DNA from: Octopus bimaculoides
Taxonomy: Eukaryota
Assembly: GCF_001194135.2 (NCBI RefSeq)
Contig: NC_069004.1
Coordinates: 8,393,942 to 8,457,941 of the forward strand
Length of the DNA stretch: 64,000 bases
Reading direction: 5' to 3'
The notes beneath the pieces were generated by a model. The model had not been told where the DNA came from, did no database searches, and saw nothing but the letters and a program-made list of their open reading frames with translations. The translations under genes were made by a program, and so were the position numbers. Positions 51,025 to 62,855 of the stretch are shown here, one piece after another (the stretch's first letter is position 1; the number at the start of each line of letters is the position of its first letter).

Positions 51025-51250
51025 TCTTTACTGCCGACAAGGGGCTACACACAGAGGGGACAAACAAGGACAGACAACCGGATTAAGTCGATTATATCCA
51101 CCCCAGTGTGTAACTGGTACTTATTTAATCGACCCCTGAAAGGATGAAAGGCAAAGTCGACCTCAGCGGAATTTGAATTCAGAACGTAGCGGCAGACAAA
51201 ATACCGCTAAGCATTTCACCCGGCGTGCTAACGTTTCTGCCAGCTCGTCG
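51021..51250 (-). mobile_element. SINE family A next to a (TA)18 microsatellite
   Basis: Near full-length match to the family. Confidence 0.9.
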
Positions 51251-52180
51251 ATGCATGTATGTGTATACACAGACTAACATATTCTGGGACTGAACTTCCA
51301 CAAAATAAACAATTGATACCTAATTTATACTTATATTCACTATACCAGAATTTACAGAATAGTTGATAATAACATTTCTCTCTCCAGAAACATCCTTTGT
51401 CACTGTTGTGCTTGGTCATTCCTGACTAAGCAGACCTATGGTCAAATATTCCAGTAACAGTACTGCCATTGTACATCCAGGACTATATGATCCAGGGTGC
51501 CCCACCTCATGCCATTCTTAGAGGATTAGATGTAATATAAGAGGAATTTGGATCCTATTTCAAGATTAATATGGCTACATAGTTTTCACTGTAGTAGCTC
51601 GTTGTTTCTGTTTTGTCCTGAAATCAACTGTTTTGTCCTGAAATCAACCATGTTTCGTGGTCTGCTACCACAACAGCTCCTTTATAGGATCCAGTTAGCT
51701 CAAGACATCATCAGGAGGAACCACGTCCGGTTTCGGCCCCTACTCCTCTACCGTTTTGACGTCACTGATAACTGACCAGCTATGATCACCCAACCAGAAC
51801 GACAGGCCTATATCAACAGAAACAACAAAGAAACATCCCAAGCGATGAAATTTTTCAGATACAGCAAATTTTTCTTTTTCTTTTGTCAGTGAACTGATCG
51901 AAGTTTCGAGCGATAAAAATTTTGACACGATATTACTAGTAAATGTTAATGAAACTGCCGGTCTTTGTGTGTCACTAAATAGCTAGCTGGCAATCATTCG
52001 TTATTGCCAGCAAACTTATGTCTTCCACGCTTCAATCGCTAAAATATTTGAATCACGACAAAAAGTCGTTCAATTTGTTTCTAATCATAGTTTCAAAGTG
52101 AATTTTCTGAAGGATATTTTACAGAAATAGAGATTAACATTTCAGTTTTGAAGTATTGTGTACGTAAAAGTCGGGACATG

Positions 52181-52556
52181 GAAACATTGCCGGAATTCCG
52201 CTTTACGCACGCCATATAACCCCACGTAACTCTTTTTTTTTTTTTTTGGAACTTTCAGAAAATTTTTGCAAATTTGTATTCTACACAGAGGAATTCACGG
52301 CGAAGGCAAAGAATACGCACACCACCCGTTCCAGGATCTACATAAGGATTATTATGTAGATCACAGGATCTACATAAGGAATTCCTCGGTGCATATTCCA
52401 GGCGGTTAGGGTTAAGCTGTAAATTGTTGGTGTAAGTGTTCTTTACCTCCGCCGGAATTCACATGACTGTGAAAAGAATTTTCTGAAAATTCAAAAAAAT
52501 AAAGTTATGAGGCGTTATATGTCGCGCGTAAAGCAGAACTCTGCCAAAATATTTTC
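52181..52556. mobile_element. Old foldback element with ~140-bp imperfect inverted arms in the G9 intron
   Basis: The arms match by eye; a shorter palindromic relic is at 24501-24590 and one-arm relics are at ~2040-2150 and ~5950-6060. Confidence 0.7.
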
Positions 52557-52746
52557 AGTTCAATCACGAAGGAAATATCTTTTAGTAATGACGCTATGAG
52601 TTTTCATATTTATATAATTACTGTATCTGAAAGTAATGTTTAAGATCGCCGTTTTCACTCCAATATAATTACCTTATCCTCCAAGTGAAACACAATTCTA
52701 TTAGCTTACATTATTACAACATTAAAACAAACGTTTATCAACTTAC

Positions 52747-52970
52747 CGTTTTCAGACACAAACAGTGAATCAATGTGTTATGTGTTTCTACCAAACTACT
52801 TAAGTAAATATCTGTTTGTTAAAATGAGATTTACCGTTGTTTAATCAACGTTAATCTACGCCAACGTTCTACTAAATCCTAATTACTTCGACAATAAAAT
52901 ACTCAATTATCACAATGAACAAGTGAAGCCGACCTCATGTCTCCAGCCGCACATTCGATATCAAATATTA
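52747..52970 (-). promoter_or_regulatory. G9 non-coding exon 1 + promoter motif
   Basis: Donor at 52745-52746, acceptor at 50730-50731. Confidence 0.75.
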
Positions 52971-53585
52971 CAAACTCAATGGTGGTGTGTCTCCTGCAGA
53001 ATAATATCATGACATTATTACTATGACTGACAATCGTTTGCAGCTATCACACTATTTCACGACAAGGAGGCAGAGACGCGCGCGCATACACACATACACA
53101 CGAAGGATGCGCGATATATACAGGTTATATTAAAAATTAAAGTTTAGAAGTAATGTCGTAAGCGACGGAGTGCCAACAACAACATAAGCTTAAAGCTTAT
53201 AGCGATCACCGTGCAATGACTAAAAAAATAGTTTTAATAATGGGGTGTATAAGGGGGTATTCACTTCTCTTCCTGTCTTTGATTTCACTACACCTTCTGA
53301 GCCCAACAGTTTATGCTGAATATAATCTATGGAATTTCTACATACTACTTTCCTGTCTCATAAGCATCACCCATTCCCTGATGTCAAAATGCTGTCTTCA
53401 TTTTTACTTACCAAAACTTTGTTACTCTACCAGTAACTGATTCAATATATACAACCGATTGTTTCAGTTGTATATATTCCACATTCGTTGAGACCCACCT
53501 ACATCCTGTGCATATTTATTGAGAGGTTGACAAGTATTTCACTTGTCGCAGACTTGATGATTGATTTCATCATTTATTGACATTT

Positions 53586-54005
53586 CATCATCATCATCAT
53601 TTAACGTCCGCTTTCCATGCTAGCATGGGTTGGACGATTTGACTGGGGACTGGCGAACCAGATAGCTACACCAGACTTCAATCTGATCTGGCAGAGTTTC
53701 TACAGCTGGATGCCCTTCCTAACGCCAACCACTCTGAGAATGTAGTGGGTGCTTTTTACGTGCCACCAGCACGAGGGCCAGTCCGGCGGTACTGGCAACG
53801 GCCACGCTCAAATGGTGTTTTTTATGTGCCACCTGCACAGAAGTCAGTTCAATGTTTTGTTCACATGCCACCGGCACAAGTGCGAGGAAGGAGAAACTGG
53901 TAACAATCATGCTCAAATGGTGTTTTTTACGTGCCACCGGCATGGGAGCAAGACCACTGCTCTGGCAGTGATCCCAGTTGGATGATGCTGTTAGCACTCC
54001 ACTGG
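53586..54005 (-). mobile_element. RTE-like retroposon 3' end
   Basis: (CAT)n tail at 53586; internal repeated subunits. Confidence 0.82.
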
Positions 54006-54167
54006 CATTTTTAATTTCCAATATCGCCATATGACAAAACTTTGATCCTTGATATTGTTCAAATATTGGGATATTTGACAAGGATATAACCAGACTATTA
54101 TGCCTGTTCGGACTTGATTGATATTAGAGAGAACTATATTAAAGTAAATACAAATACTTATTTTCTT

Positions 54168-54433
54168 GGTGTGGCTCCCGTGCAGGTGGCACGTAAATAA
54201 CACCATTTGAGCATGGCTGTTGCCAGTACCGTGTGACTGGCCCTTGTGCCGGTGGCACGTAAAAACACCCACTACACTCTCGGAGTGGTTGGTGTTAGGA
54301 AGGGCATCCAGCTGTAGAAACTCTACCAGATCAGATTGGAGCCTGGTGTAGCCACCTGGTCCACCAGTCCTCAGTCAAATCGTCCAACCCATACTAGCAT
54401 GGAAAGCGGACGTTAAATGATGATGATGATGAT
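54168..54433 (+). mobile_element. RTE-like retroposon 3' end (inverted relative to the previous copy)
   Basis: (GAT)n tail at 54418-54433. Confidence 0.82.
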
Positions 54434-54869
54434 ATGTACTCATACACCAGGTGAGGCTGCACACTATTCAGGTTAAGATATGATTCTTAAGTATCTTAAA
54501 TTGCATTATTCTTACAAATAGATTTATTTTTAATCAGATTATATTGGAATAAAATGCATTTTAAGTTTTATCAATTTTGATCTGAATTTTTCTCAATTTC
54601 AGTTGAAATGTGAATTTAGAAAAAACTGGAATAGTTTAGATCTTTTTTTTTTCTCATTCAGATCTAACCTGGAGCTAAATGTATTCCCTCTATTAATATT
54701 TAAATAAGCATCATTTTAGACAATGTGCAAATCCCCAAATGAATAACATTGCAAAGTAAATGATAACCAATATTTGTTATGTAAAAAACTATCTTAAATG
54801 CAATGAAATGTGCAAACAAATATGAACAACAATGTGATCCTTCTAAAATACTATTTCTTTCCACAACCC

Positions 54870-54915
54870 CAAACCAATCAATAACCAATGCAATATCTTT
54901 AAGGAATCATTTATT
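54870..54915 (-). terminator. G10 poly(A) signal + GU-rich element
   Basis: AATAAA at 54910-54915 in the same conserved block. Confidence 0.6.
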
Positions 54916-55194
54916 ACTACCACAAAATAACAGAAAAAGATCCATTCTGCATGTTAGATGAGTCAGGAAAAGCATTTCATTTCTATTTTCCAGGGACAAG
55001 GTTATCATATCTGTCTGCCCTACTTATGATTCTTTTTGAAGGCGTATTAGATGTACTATCATAAAGCCAGAAGTGGAGACGCCCTCATATCCCTGGCAAC
55101 ATTAGAGTGCTGATGTCTCTGTTCATTTGCCACCCACTTCACAAAGGGTATCTTTCAATGTTGATGAGTGATTTGCTACAGAAAATGATGCTTT

Positions 55195-57549
55195 TTAACA
55201 GATGTCATCGTGATGTAGTTTTTCTTCAGAATGAACACATGTATGTTTAGTTAATAAACTATTTTTGGAAAATGATTTGCCACAGATATCACAGTGATAT
55301 GGTTTTTCTCCTGTATGAATGTATTTGTGACTACTTAAAGCAGTACTTAAAGAGAATGATATACCACAGATATTACACTGGTAAGGTTTTTCCCCTGTAT
55401 GAATGCGGTAGTGTTTAGTCACATCACTATTTTGGGAGAAAGATTTACCACAAATATTACACTTATAGGGTCTATCTCCTGTATGAATACGTCTATGAAT
55501 TGTTAAATGAGCTGTTTGAGAAAATGATTTATCACACATCTCACAATGATATGGTTTCTCGCCTGTATGAATACGTCTATGAACAGTTAAATGGCTTGTC
55601 TGAGAGAAGGATTTACCACAGATATCACAGTGGTATAGTTTTTCACCTGTATGAGTATATTTGTGTTTAGTTAAATGATATTTTTCAGAGAATGGTTTAC
55701 CACAGATATCACAGCGATAAGGTTTTACTCCTGTATGGATACGTTTATGAACAGTTAACGCACTCGCATAAGCAAACAATTTACCACAGATATCGCAGTG
55801 ATAAGGTTTCTCTCCTGTATGAATACGTCTATGAACAGTTAATGGACTTTGGTCAGTGAATGATTTACCACAGATATTACAGTGATATGTTTTCTCTTTT
55901 GTATGAATACGTCTTTTGTGCATTGTTAATTTAATGGTTGCAGAATATGATTTGCCACAGATATCACAGTGATATGGTTTGTCTCCTGAATGAATACGTT
56001 TGTGAGCAATTAATGCATTTTTATAAATAAACGCCTTACTACATACATCACAGTTATATGGTTTCTCCCCTGTATGAATACATTTATGAAGATTTAGTGG
56101 TCTTTGATCATTGAATGATTTACCACAGATATCACAATGATATTGTTTCTCTTTGGTATGAAAGCGTCTTTTGTGTAATGTTAATTGCTTTTTTAGAGAG
56201 AATGCTTTTCCACAAGCTTCACAGTAATATGGTATTTCTCCTGAATGAATACGCTTGTGGAAAGTTAGTTTACTTCCAGCAGGGAATGATTTTCCACAGA
56301 TATCACAATCATATGGTTTTTCCTTTGTATCATTGTGTCTCTTAAGTATTGTTAATTCACGTGTTCTGGAAAATGATTTACCATAGATATGACAGTCATA
56401 AAGTTTTTCCCCTGCATGAATACGTTTGTGAACAGTTAATCCACTTCCATCAGTGAAAGATTCACCACAGATGTTGCACAAATAGGGTTTCTCTCCCGTA
56501 TGCATGCATCTCCTGTGTATAGTTAATTGGCTTGTTTGAGTGAATGATTTACCACAGATATCACAGTGATAAGGCTTTTCCCCTGTATGAATACGTTTGT
56601 GAACGGCTACTCCTCTTCCATGAGAGAATGATTTACCACAGATATCACACTGATATAGTTTCCCTCCTGTGTGAGTATGTTTGTGTTTAGTCAAGGTACG
56701 TCCATCAATGAATGATTTACCACAGACTTCACAGGGATATGGCCTCTCTTCTGTATGAATACGTTTGTGAACAGTTAACTTACTTCCATCAGAGAATGAC
56801 TTACTACAGATATCACAGTGATATGGTTTCTCTCCTGTATGAATACGCTTATGAGAAGTTACTGCACTTCCTTTATTGAAAGATTTACCACATATATCAC
56901 ATTGATATGGTTTCTCTCCTGTATGAATACGCATGTGAAAATTTAAATGTACTTTTTGAAAGAATGATTTTCCACAGATATCACAGTGATATGACTTCTC
57001 TCCTGTATGAATGTATTTGTGTTTAGTTAAATTTCCTGTTTCAGAGAATGATTCACCACAAATATTACACTTATATGGCTTCTCTCCTGTATGAATACGT
57101 ATGTGTCGAGTTAGGCCATTTGTCTGAGAGAATGATTTACCACATACATCACAGCGATATGGTTTTTCGCCTGTATGGGTACGTATGTGATCAGCTAAGT
57201 GGCTTCTTAGAGAGAATGATTTACCACAGATATCACAGCTGTATGGTTTTTTACCAGTATGAATATGTTTATGAGTAATTAACGTACGTATTCGAGCAAA
57301 TGATTTACCACAGATATCACAGTTGTGTGGTTTCTCTCCTGTATGTATATGTTTATGTTCAGTTAAGTAAATTTTTACATTGTATGATTTACCACAGATA
57401 TCACAATGATACCGTTTCTCTGGTATCTTACTTGTATTAATACATTTATGAGTAGTAAGCTTGCTTTTCAGGGAGAATGACTTTTTACAGGTATCACAGT
57501 GGTATGATGATTCCCCCATCTCTTTTGGCATTTCTTCGTGGAAATTCAT
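55195..57549 (-). CDS. G10: C2H2 zinc-finger protein, 784 aa, 27 finger units (unit 14 dead; the first lacks its last His)
   Basis: Tandem C2H2 repeats; unit 14 reads [24 protein letters not shown]. Confidence 0.96.
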   Translation of the reverse strand: MNFHEEMPKEMGESSYHCDTCKKSFSLKSKLTTHKCINTSKIPEKRYHCDICGKSYNVKIYLTEHKHIHTGEKPHNCDICGKSFARIRTLITHKHIHTGKKPYSCDICGKSFSLRSHLADHIRTHTGEKPYRCDVCGKSFSQTNGLTRHIRIHTGEKPYKCNICGESFSETGNLTKHKYIHTGEKSYHCDICGKSFFQKVHLNFHMRIHTGEKPYQCDICGKSFNKGSAVTSHKRIHTGEKPYHCDICSKSFSDGSKLTVHKRIHTEERPYPCEVCGKSFIDGRTLTKHKHTHTGGKLYQCDICGKSFSHGRGVAVHKRIHTGEKPYHCDICGKSFTQTSQLTIHRRCMHTGEKPYLCNICGESFTDGSGLTVHKRIHAGEKLYDCHIYGKSFSRTRELTILKRHNDTKEKPYDCDICGKSFPAGSKLTFHKRIHSGEIPYYCEACGKAFSLKKQLTLHKRRFHTKEKQYHCDICGKSFNDQRPLNLHKCIHTGEKPYNCDVCSKAFIYKNALIAHKRIHSGDKPYHCDICGKSYSATIKLTMHKRRIHTKEKTYHCNICGKSFTDQSPLTVHRRIHTGEKPYHCDICGKLFAYASALTVHKRIHTGVKPYRCDICGKPFSEKYHLTKHKYTHTGEKLYHCDICGKSFSQTSHLTVHRRIHTGEKPYHCEMCDKSFSQTAHLTIHRRIHTGDRPYKCNICGKSFSQNSDVTKHYRIHTGEKPYQCNICGISFSLSTALSSHKYIHTGEKPYHCDICGKSFSKNSLLTKHTCVHSEEKLHHDDIC

Positions 57550-59221
57550 TGCTCTATAACATTTAATTTTCTCACGACAGTATATGGATACTTTTCATTT
57601 GTTTTTTTCCTTTCTTCTGCAATATTTCAATCGACTTTTATAGTTGTTGGTATTAGAAAAGGAGTGTAGTGCCCTTTTGCAAATTTAATTAGAATGCAAA
57701 ATCATTTTGTACATATTCCAGCCAATGAAAGAAATATTTTTCAGTTTTCTGTATAACCATTTTCTTCAGTCTTTAAATGATGATAAACGTTGATGATATA
57801 GCCTTAATGCCAATACCATTTAGTATTCTGAAATGATAGAGAAATAGGGTAAGATATTGAAGATAATTAAAAAGCAGAACTCAGCAATCAACCTCTACAT
57901 TTAATTTGTTATTTAAATTACATTATACAAAATTGACTGCAGTTTATATATTTACAGACTATATTTGCACCTTACATACATTACAATAAACATTGTAACA
58001 TTTGGGTGAAAGAAAATACTCACTTAATTAGATTCACACACTTATTGCAGCAGTCCTTCAGTTTTTCGGAAGGTTGGGCCTCCAATCAGGCCTTTCATGA
58101 TATCCTTAAAGCCAGGAACTTTTCAGCACCACTCATGTGTGTGTATAGATAGATACACATCCTAATTTACCTAAGGATTGAACTCACTCCTACAACATAA
58201 ACTCTTACACTTAATCTGTGTCTATGTTCACTATACCAAAATTTTCTGAATAGTGGACAATAACATTTCTCTCTTTCTAGAAACATCTTTTGTCACTGTT
58301 ACATAATCTCTGGTCTTTCATTCTTTACTAAGCAGACTTGTGATCATATACATTCCGTTCATAACACTGCCATTGTATATCAAAGAATACATTATCTAGA
58401 ACGCCCGGTACACCCTGCCATCCTCTGTAAGATAATTAAGTTGAATTTGAGAGAAATTTGGCTCCTATTTCAAGAAGGCTGAGTGACCACATAGTCTCCA
58501 CTATAGTGGCTCATTGTTGCTGTTCTCTCCCCAAATCAGCCGTAACTGAATAACTCTTTTAATCAACATAAACCAATAATCAACTGATGCTATGAGTTTC
58601 GAAATAGATCAAGGAAGAAGAAACATTATGGACGAAGAAAAGAAAGAAAAAAAGCATTAACGGAAAAGAAAATCTAACGACTAATAAATGCATTTACGTG
58701 GGGAAGGAGCAATGAGAGAGTTATCTGTTCTGAATATTCTTCGCAGGAAGTAGCCTCACTCCTCATGATCGTAATCAAAGAGAAGCCATTTTCACTGATA
58801 TCTGAGATAAATAATTCCAGATGATTCCACAACTGTTTTTCGTAACTTCATTAAATTTTCAATGAGGGTTCCAGAGTTGTACCTTCGCCTTGAAGGACCA
58901 TGTAAACTATTCGAGCAATACTATATATCGAACTAGGAACATTAACAAACGAAATATTTTACGCATGCTAATAGTAATTTCAGTTCATTTCTAGAACTGG
59001 CCGTGAAGTTAATTTTCTAAAGGATGCTTTGAAAAATACATATCAACATTTCGGTTTGAAAGTATCGTCGTGTACGTAAAAGCCAAGGCATAGAAATATT
59101 TTCTGCAAATTTATTATTATTTTCAGTTTAATATAATCACTGTATTCTTACGAAATATCTTTTCCCATTATAATATAATTACCTTATCCTCCAAGTGAAA
59201 CCAATTTATTTTCTCCATGCA

Positions 59222-59420
59222 TAAGGGTGTGAGCTCGCAGAACTGTTAGCACACCAGGCAAAATGCCGAGCGGCCTTTACATTCTGAGTTCAAATTCTGC
59301 CGAAGTCGACTTTGCTTTTCATCCTTTAGAAGTCGGTGAGATGAGTAGCAGGCTGACGAAATAAACCAATTCCCTCCGCAACAAAATTTCACTCCTTGCA
59401 ACTATTGAAGAAAGGGTTAT
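59222..59420 (+). mobile_element. Old SINE family A copy in the G10 intron, ~45 nt from the donor
   Basis: Diverged head and body. Confidence 0.75.
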
Positions 59421-59465
59421 TTTCATACTTCGTTACAACATTAAAACAGACATTTATCAACTTAC

Positions 59466-59663
59466 CGTTTTCAAATGTAAACAATCAATCAGTGTGTTAT
59501 ACATTTTCACCAAAGTAAATATCTGATTGTCAGAATGAGGTTAACCAATGTTTTATCAACTTTATTCTACACCAATATTGGAGGTGCTCCTGCTTTCTTC
59601 TTGTCACAATAAACGAGTGAAGCTGACATTATGTCTCCAGCCGTATTTTCGATATTAAATATT
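59466..59663 (-). promoter_or_regulatory. G10 non-coding exon 1 + promoter motif
   Basis: Donor at 59464-59465, acceptor at 57828-57829; a SINE is inserted at the motif edge. Confidence 0.75.
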
Positions 59664-59822
59664 CTTTTCTGCTCTAGGCACAAGGCCCGAAATTTGTGGG
59701 GAGGGAGCCAGTCGATTAGATCGACTCCAGCAGCAACTGGTACTGAATTTATCGACCCCGAAAGGATGAAAGGCAAAGTCGACCACGGTGGAATTTGAAC
59801 TCAAAACGAAAAGACAGACGAC
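59664..59822 (-). mobile_element. 5'-truncated SINE family A in the G10 promoter motif
   Basis: Perfect 17-bp TSD tttcgatattaaatatt (59647-59663, 59823-59839). Confidence 0.93.
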
Positions 59823-60793
59823 TTTCGATATTAAATATTACCTCAATGGTAGCATCTCCTTGGAGATTTCGCGATGTGACAAGGCGGTGCTCGGTGTTTC
59901 GAGCGGAGATTTGATCTATCTTCGAAATAAAATAACTAAACCAGATAAAATACATACGTTTTAAAAATATCAAATTGTTTTTGTTTTTTTTTAATCTTTA
60001 GAAAATAAGACAGTAGATAACAGACAAGACTTCCTTTTGTACCCCGCCCAAAAACACTCCTTTTTAATTTAATTTTTTTTTCGACACAAACCCCTCGTTT
60101 TCGGTTACGATTGAGAATGTGTGAAAGGAGAATGGCTGATTGATAGAAATGAGGGTAGAGGCAAATGCAGTGAACACCAGTGGAGGTGTGGTGAAGGGTG
60201 AATTTCTGTTTAGAGAAGAGAAGGTGAAGGATATAGGATTGGATGAAGGAGGTGACAGGTGGAGCACGTGGGAGGCAAGGGAATTTTAACCATGAAATTG
60301 AGAGAGTGAAGCTTGCTATAGTAAAAATGCACAATTATTTATTACTACCACTGAAAGTATAGCATTTCTGAAGGAAAGATTTGGGTGAGCTGAAACAATG
60401 AATGATAATGAGGTCATACGTTAAAACAAGAGAGAGACTCAATATAATTTAGCTGAAAGCCAAGAATCTATGCATCTGGTTGGACTAGCAGAAAGTGAAA
60501 AGAAAAAGCAGTAAACAGAGGGTGTATTTGAGTGACACTCAGGAAATGGGAAATAGGAAAACAGAAGAAAATGTCTTTTATGTTTTGGGTATTCGGTCTT
60601 CTGAAATATAGGGCAGACAAGGAAAGAAAAGAACAGAGAAGGCAAAATAGAGAGAGAGAAACATACACATAACCAACCATCATGTCAAGCTGGAATATGT
60701 ATGTCCTTTATGTTTGACTTACTTTAGTCTATGGCCTGAAACTATGCTGGAGCACCCCACCTTCAAGGGTATAATTGAACAAATTAGCCCAGT

Positions 60794-61572
60794 GAGGAAA
60801 AATATTGTTCATGTTCACATGCTGATGGATGACCAGCAACTGATTATAAATCAATTAGCAAATCCCATGAGAGTTGAGAATATCCTGTACAAAGATCTTG
60901 ATGACAGGTGTCCATTCAGTGGGTGCCAGGTCATCTGGCACCTGATGAAAAGCACACTAGGCTGATCACATTATGGGAAAACCGGATATTGTTTGAGGCA
61001 ACAAAGCACACACCGGAAACATCCCTCCTCACCTGCTCAAAGGCCAAGGTTGTTTCATCTGCAGGGAAGGTGATGGCCTGCTTTTGGGGATGCAAAATGC
61101 ACTGTTTGTTGACTACCTTCAAAAGGGCCACAGCATCAATGGAGAGTACGATACCAACTTGTTGAGGCAGTCACAAAAATTTCCAAGACCAAACACCTAG
61201 GAAAACTGACAAAAGGGGTCTTGTTTCATCAGGACAATGCTCCAGTACACAAGTCCTTGGTTTCAATGGTGTGATTGTGGTTTTGAACTTGATTACCCTC
61301 CCTATTCTGATTTGACCCAATCTAACTATCATGTTCCCCAACATAATAAAAACATCTGGCTGAGAACAAGTATCAGTGATGATGACATCACATCTGTAGA
61401 CGTTTTTGACCAACAGGATAAAAGCTTTTTCATCAATAGGATTCTTGCACTGCAACACTGATGGAAGAAGTGAGTGAACTGCCAAGGGAACTATGTTGAA
61501 AAATAAACCTCATTTGGTAACATTCCAAAGGAGAATCTTGGTTAGCCTATGTACTTTACAGCCAACCCTTGC
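60794..61572 (+). mobile_element. Mariner (DD34D, irritans-like) transposase relic with right TIR
   Basis: KAKVVSSAGKVMA, GVLFHQDNAPVHKSL, PPYSDL, NYVEK* motifs; internal deletion and frameshifts. Confidence 0.9.
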
Positions 61573-62855
61573 ATATTTTCAGAACACACTGCTGATTAAC
61601 TTACCTCAGTTACAGAAACTATCAACGATTTTGAACATTGCAAACAAACAATTTATTTAGCAGGTGCTCTGACCACTAACTACTTCTTTGTTCAGTTAGT
61701 AGCATGTCCTTGATTCCACAACTTCTGTGCACCAAATAGATCAGAGAGTAAACTGTATTGAATTCCTGCAAAGTAGGCACCACTGTTTCCATGATATTAG
61801 AATGCTGACTGCATTTCTCACTGTTTTATCACCTGTTTTCAACTCAGAGATCATTATGTGCAAAGGCATGTTTATTCACCGAAATTATTTCTTCAATCAT
61901 AAATTTAATGTCTGTTTTCCTCATACTTGAATGGATTGGACAGATGCTTTTCCTGACAATACTTACCTGTGTTTCAAGTAAAAGATTTTTTTTTTTATCC
62001 CAGGTCTTTGAAATCACAGAGCAACCAATCAACAAAATGGTCTCTCACAGGCTTTCCACAGTTTGTCAACCAAATTCAAGCACAATGCATTAGTTGACCC
62101 TAGGAGAAAAAAAACTTACCCAAGGTACTGCATTCTAGGATGAAACCAAAATATATGTTTGTAAACTTCTTAACCACATATTCAGGCCTGCATCTGTGTT
62201 ACTATGTTGGTCGAATTAGACATTGTATACACAAATACCTACTTTGAAACCTGCCATTACTTACTGATTGGATCCCTATGTAGTTTTTCAATTTTTATTG
62301 AGACCATCTACATCCTGACCATATTCATTTAGTGACATTTGAGTTGATTTTTTTAATTTACAGCATCACCATATGGCATAACCTTGATCCCTGATATGGT
62401 TTTAATATTGGGGCTATGACCCCCTGGTGGAAGTTGATAAATTATAGAGGGAATTCTATTAACAAGGTGAATACAAATACTTTAATTTCTTGAGTACCAA
62501 CAGTGAAATGAGGTGTTTGAGAGACAGATTAACCATTGAAATCACAGTAATATACCTTCTCTCCTGAATGTATTTAATTAAACAATAAGCTTTTGCAGAA
62601 TGACTTACTACACACATTACAGTGACATGGCATATCCTTTGTATGAAAACATGAGCCTAATTAGGTCAAAACTGTGAAAGAACAGTTTACAACATACATA
62701 TTACATTATATGGGTTTTTTTCCCCTCTGAATGATTACATTTATGAATAATTTATGTATTTCTGTATGCAAACGGACTAACACAGATATAGTTTTTTCCC
62801 CACTGTTTGAAAATGTTTATAAGTAGTTAATGTACTTGAATAAGGGAAGGATTTA

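Noticed and set aside
3538-57549. CRISPR-like or satellite array from the 84-bp periodicity
   Set aside because: The periodicity is coding finger repeats in a eukaryotic locus; there is no repeat-spacer structure and no cas genes.
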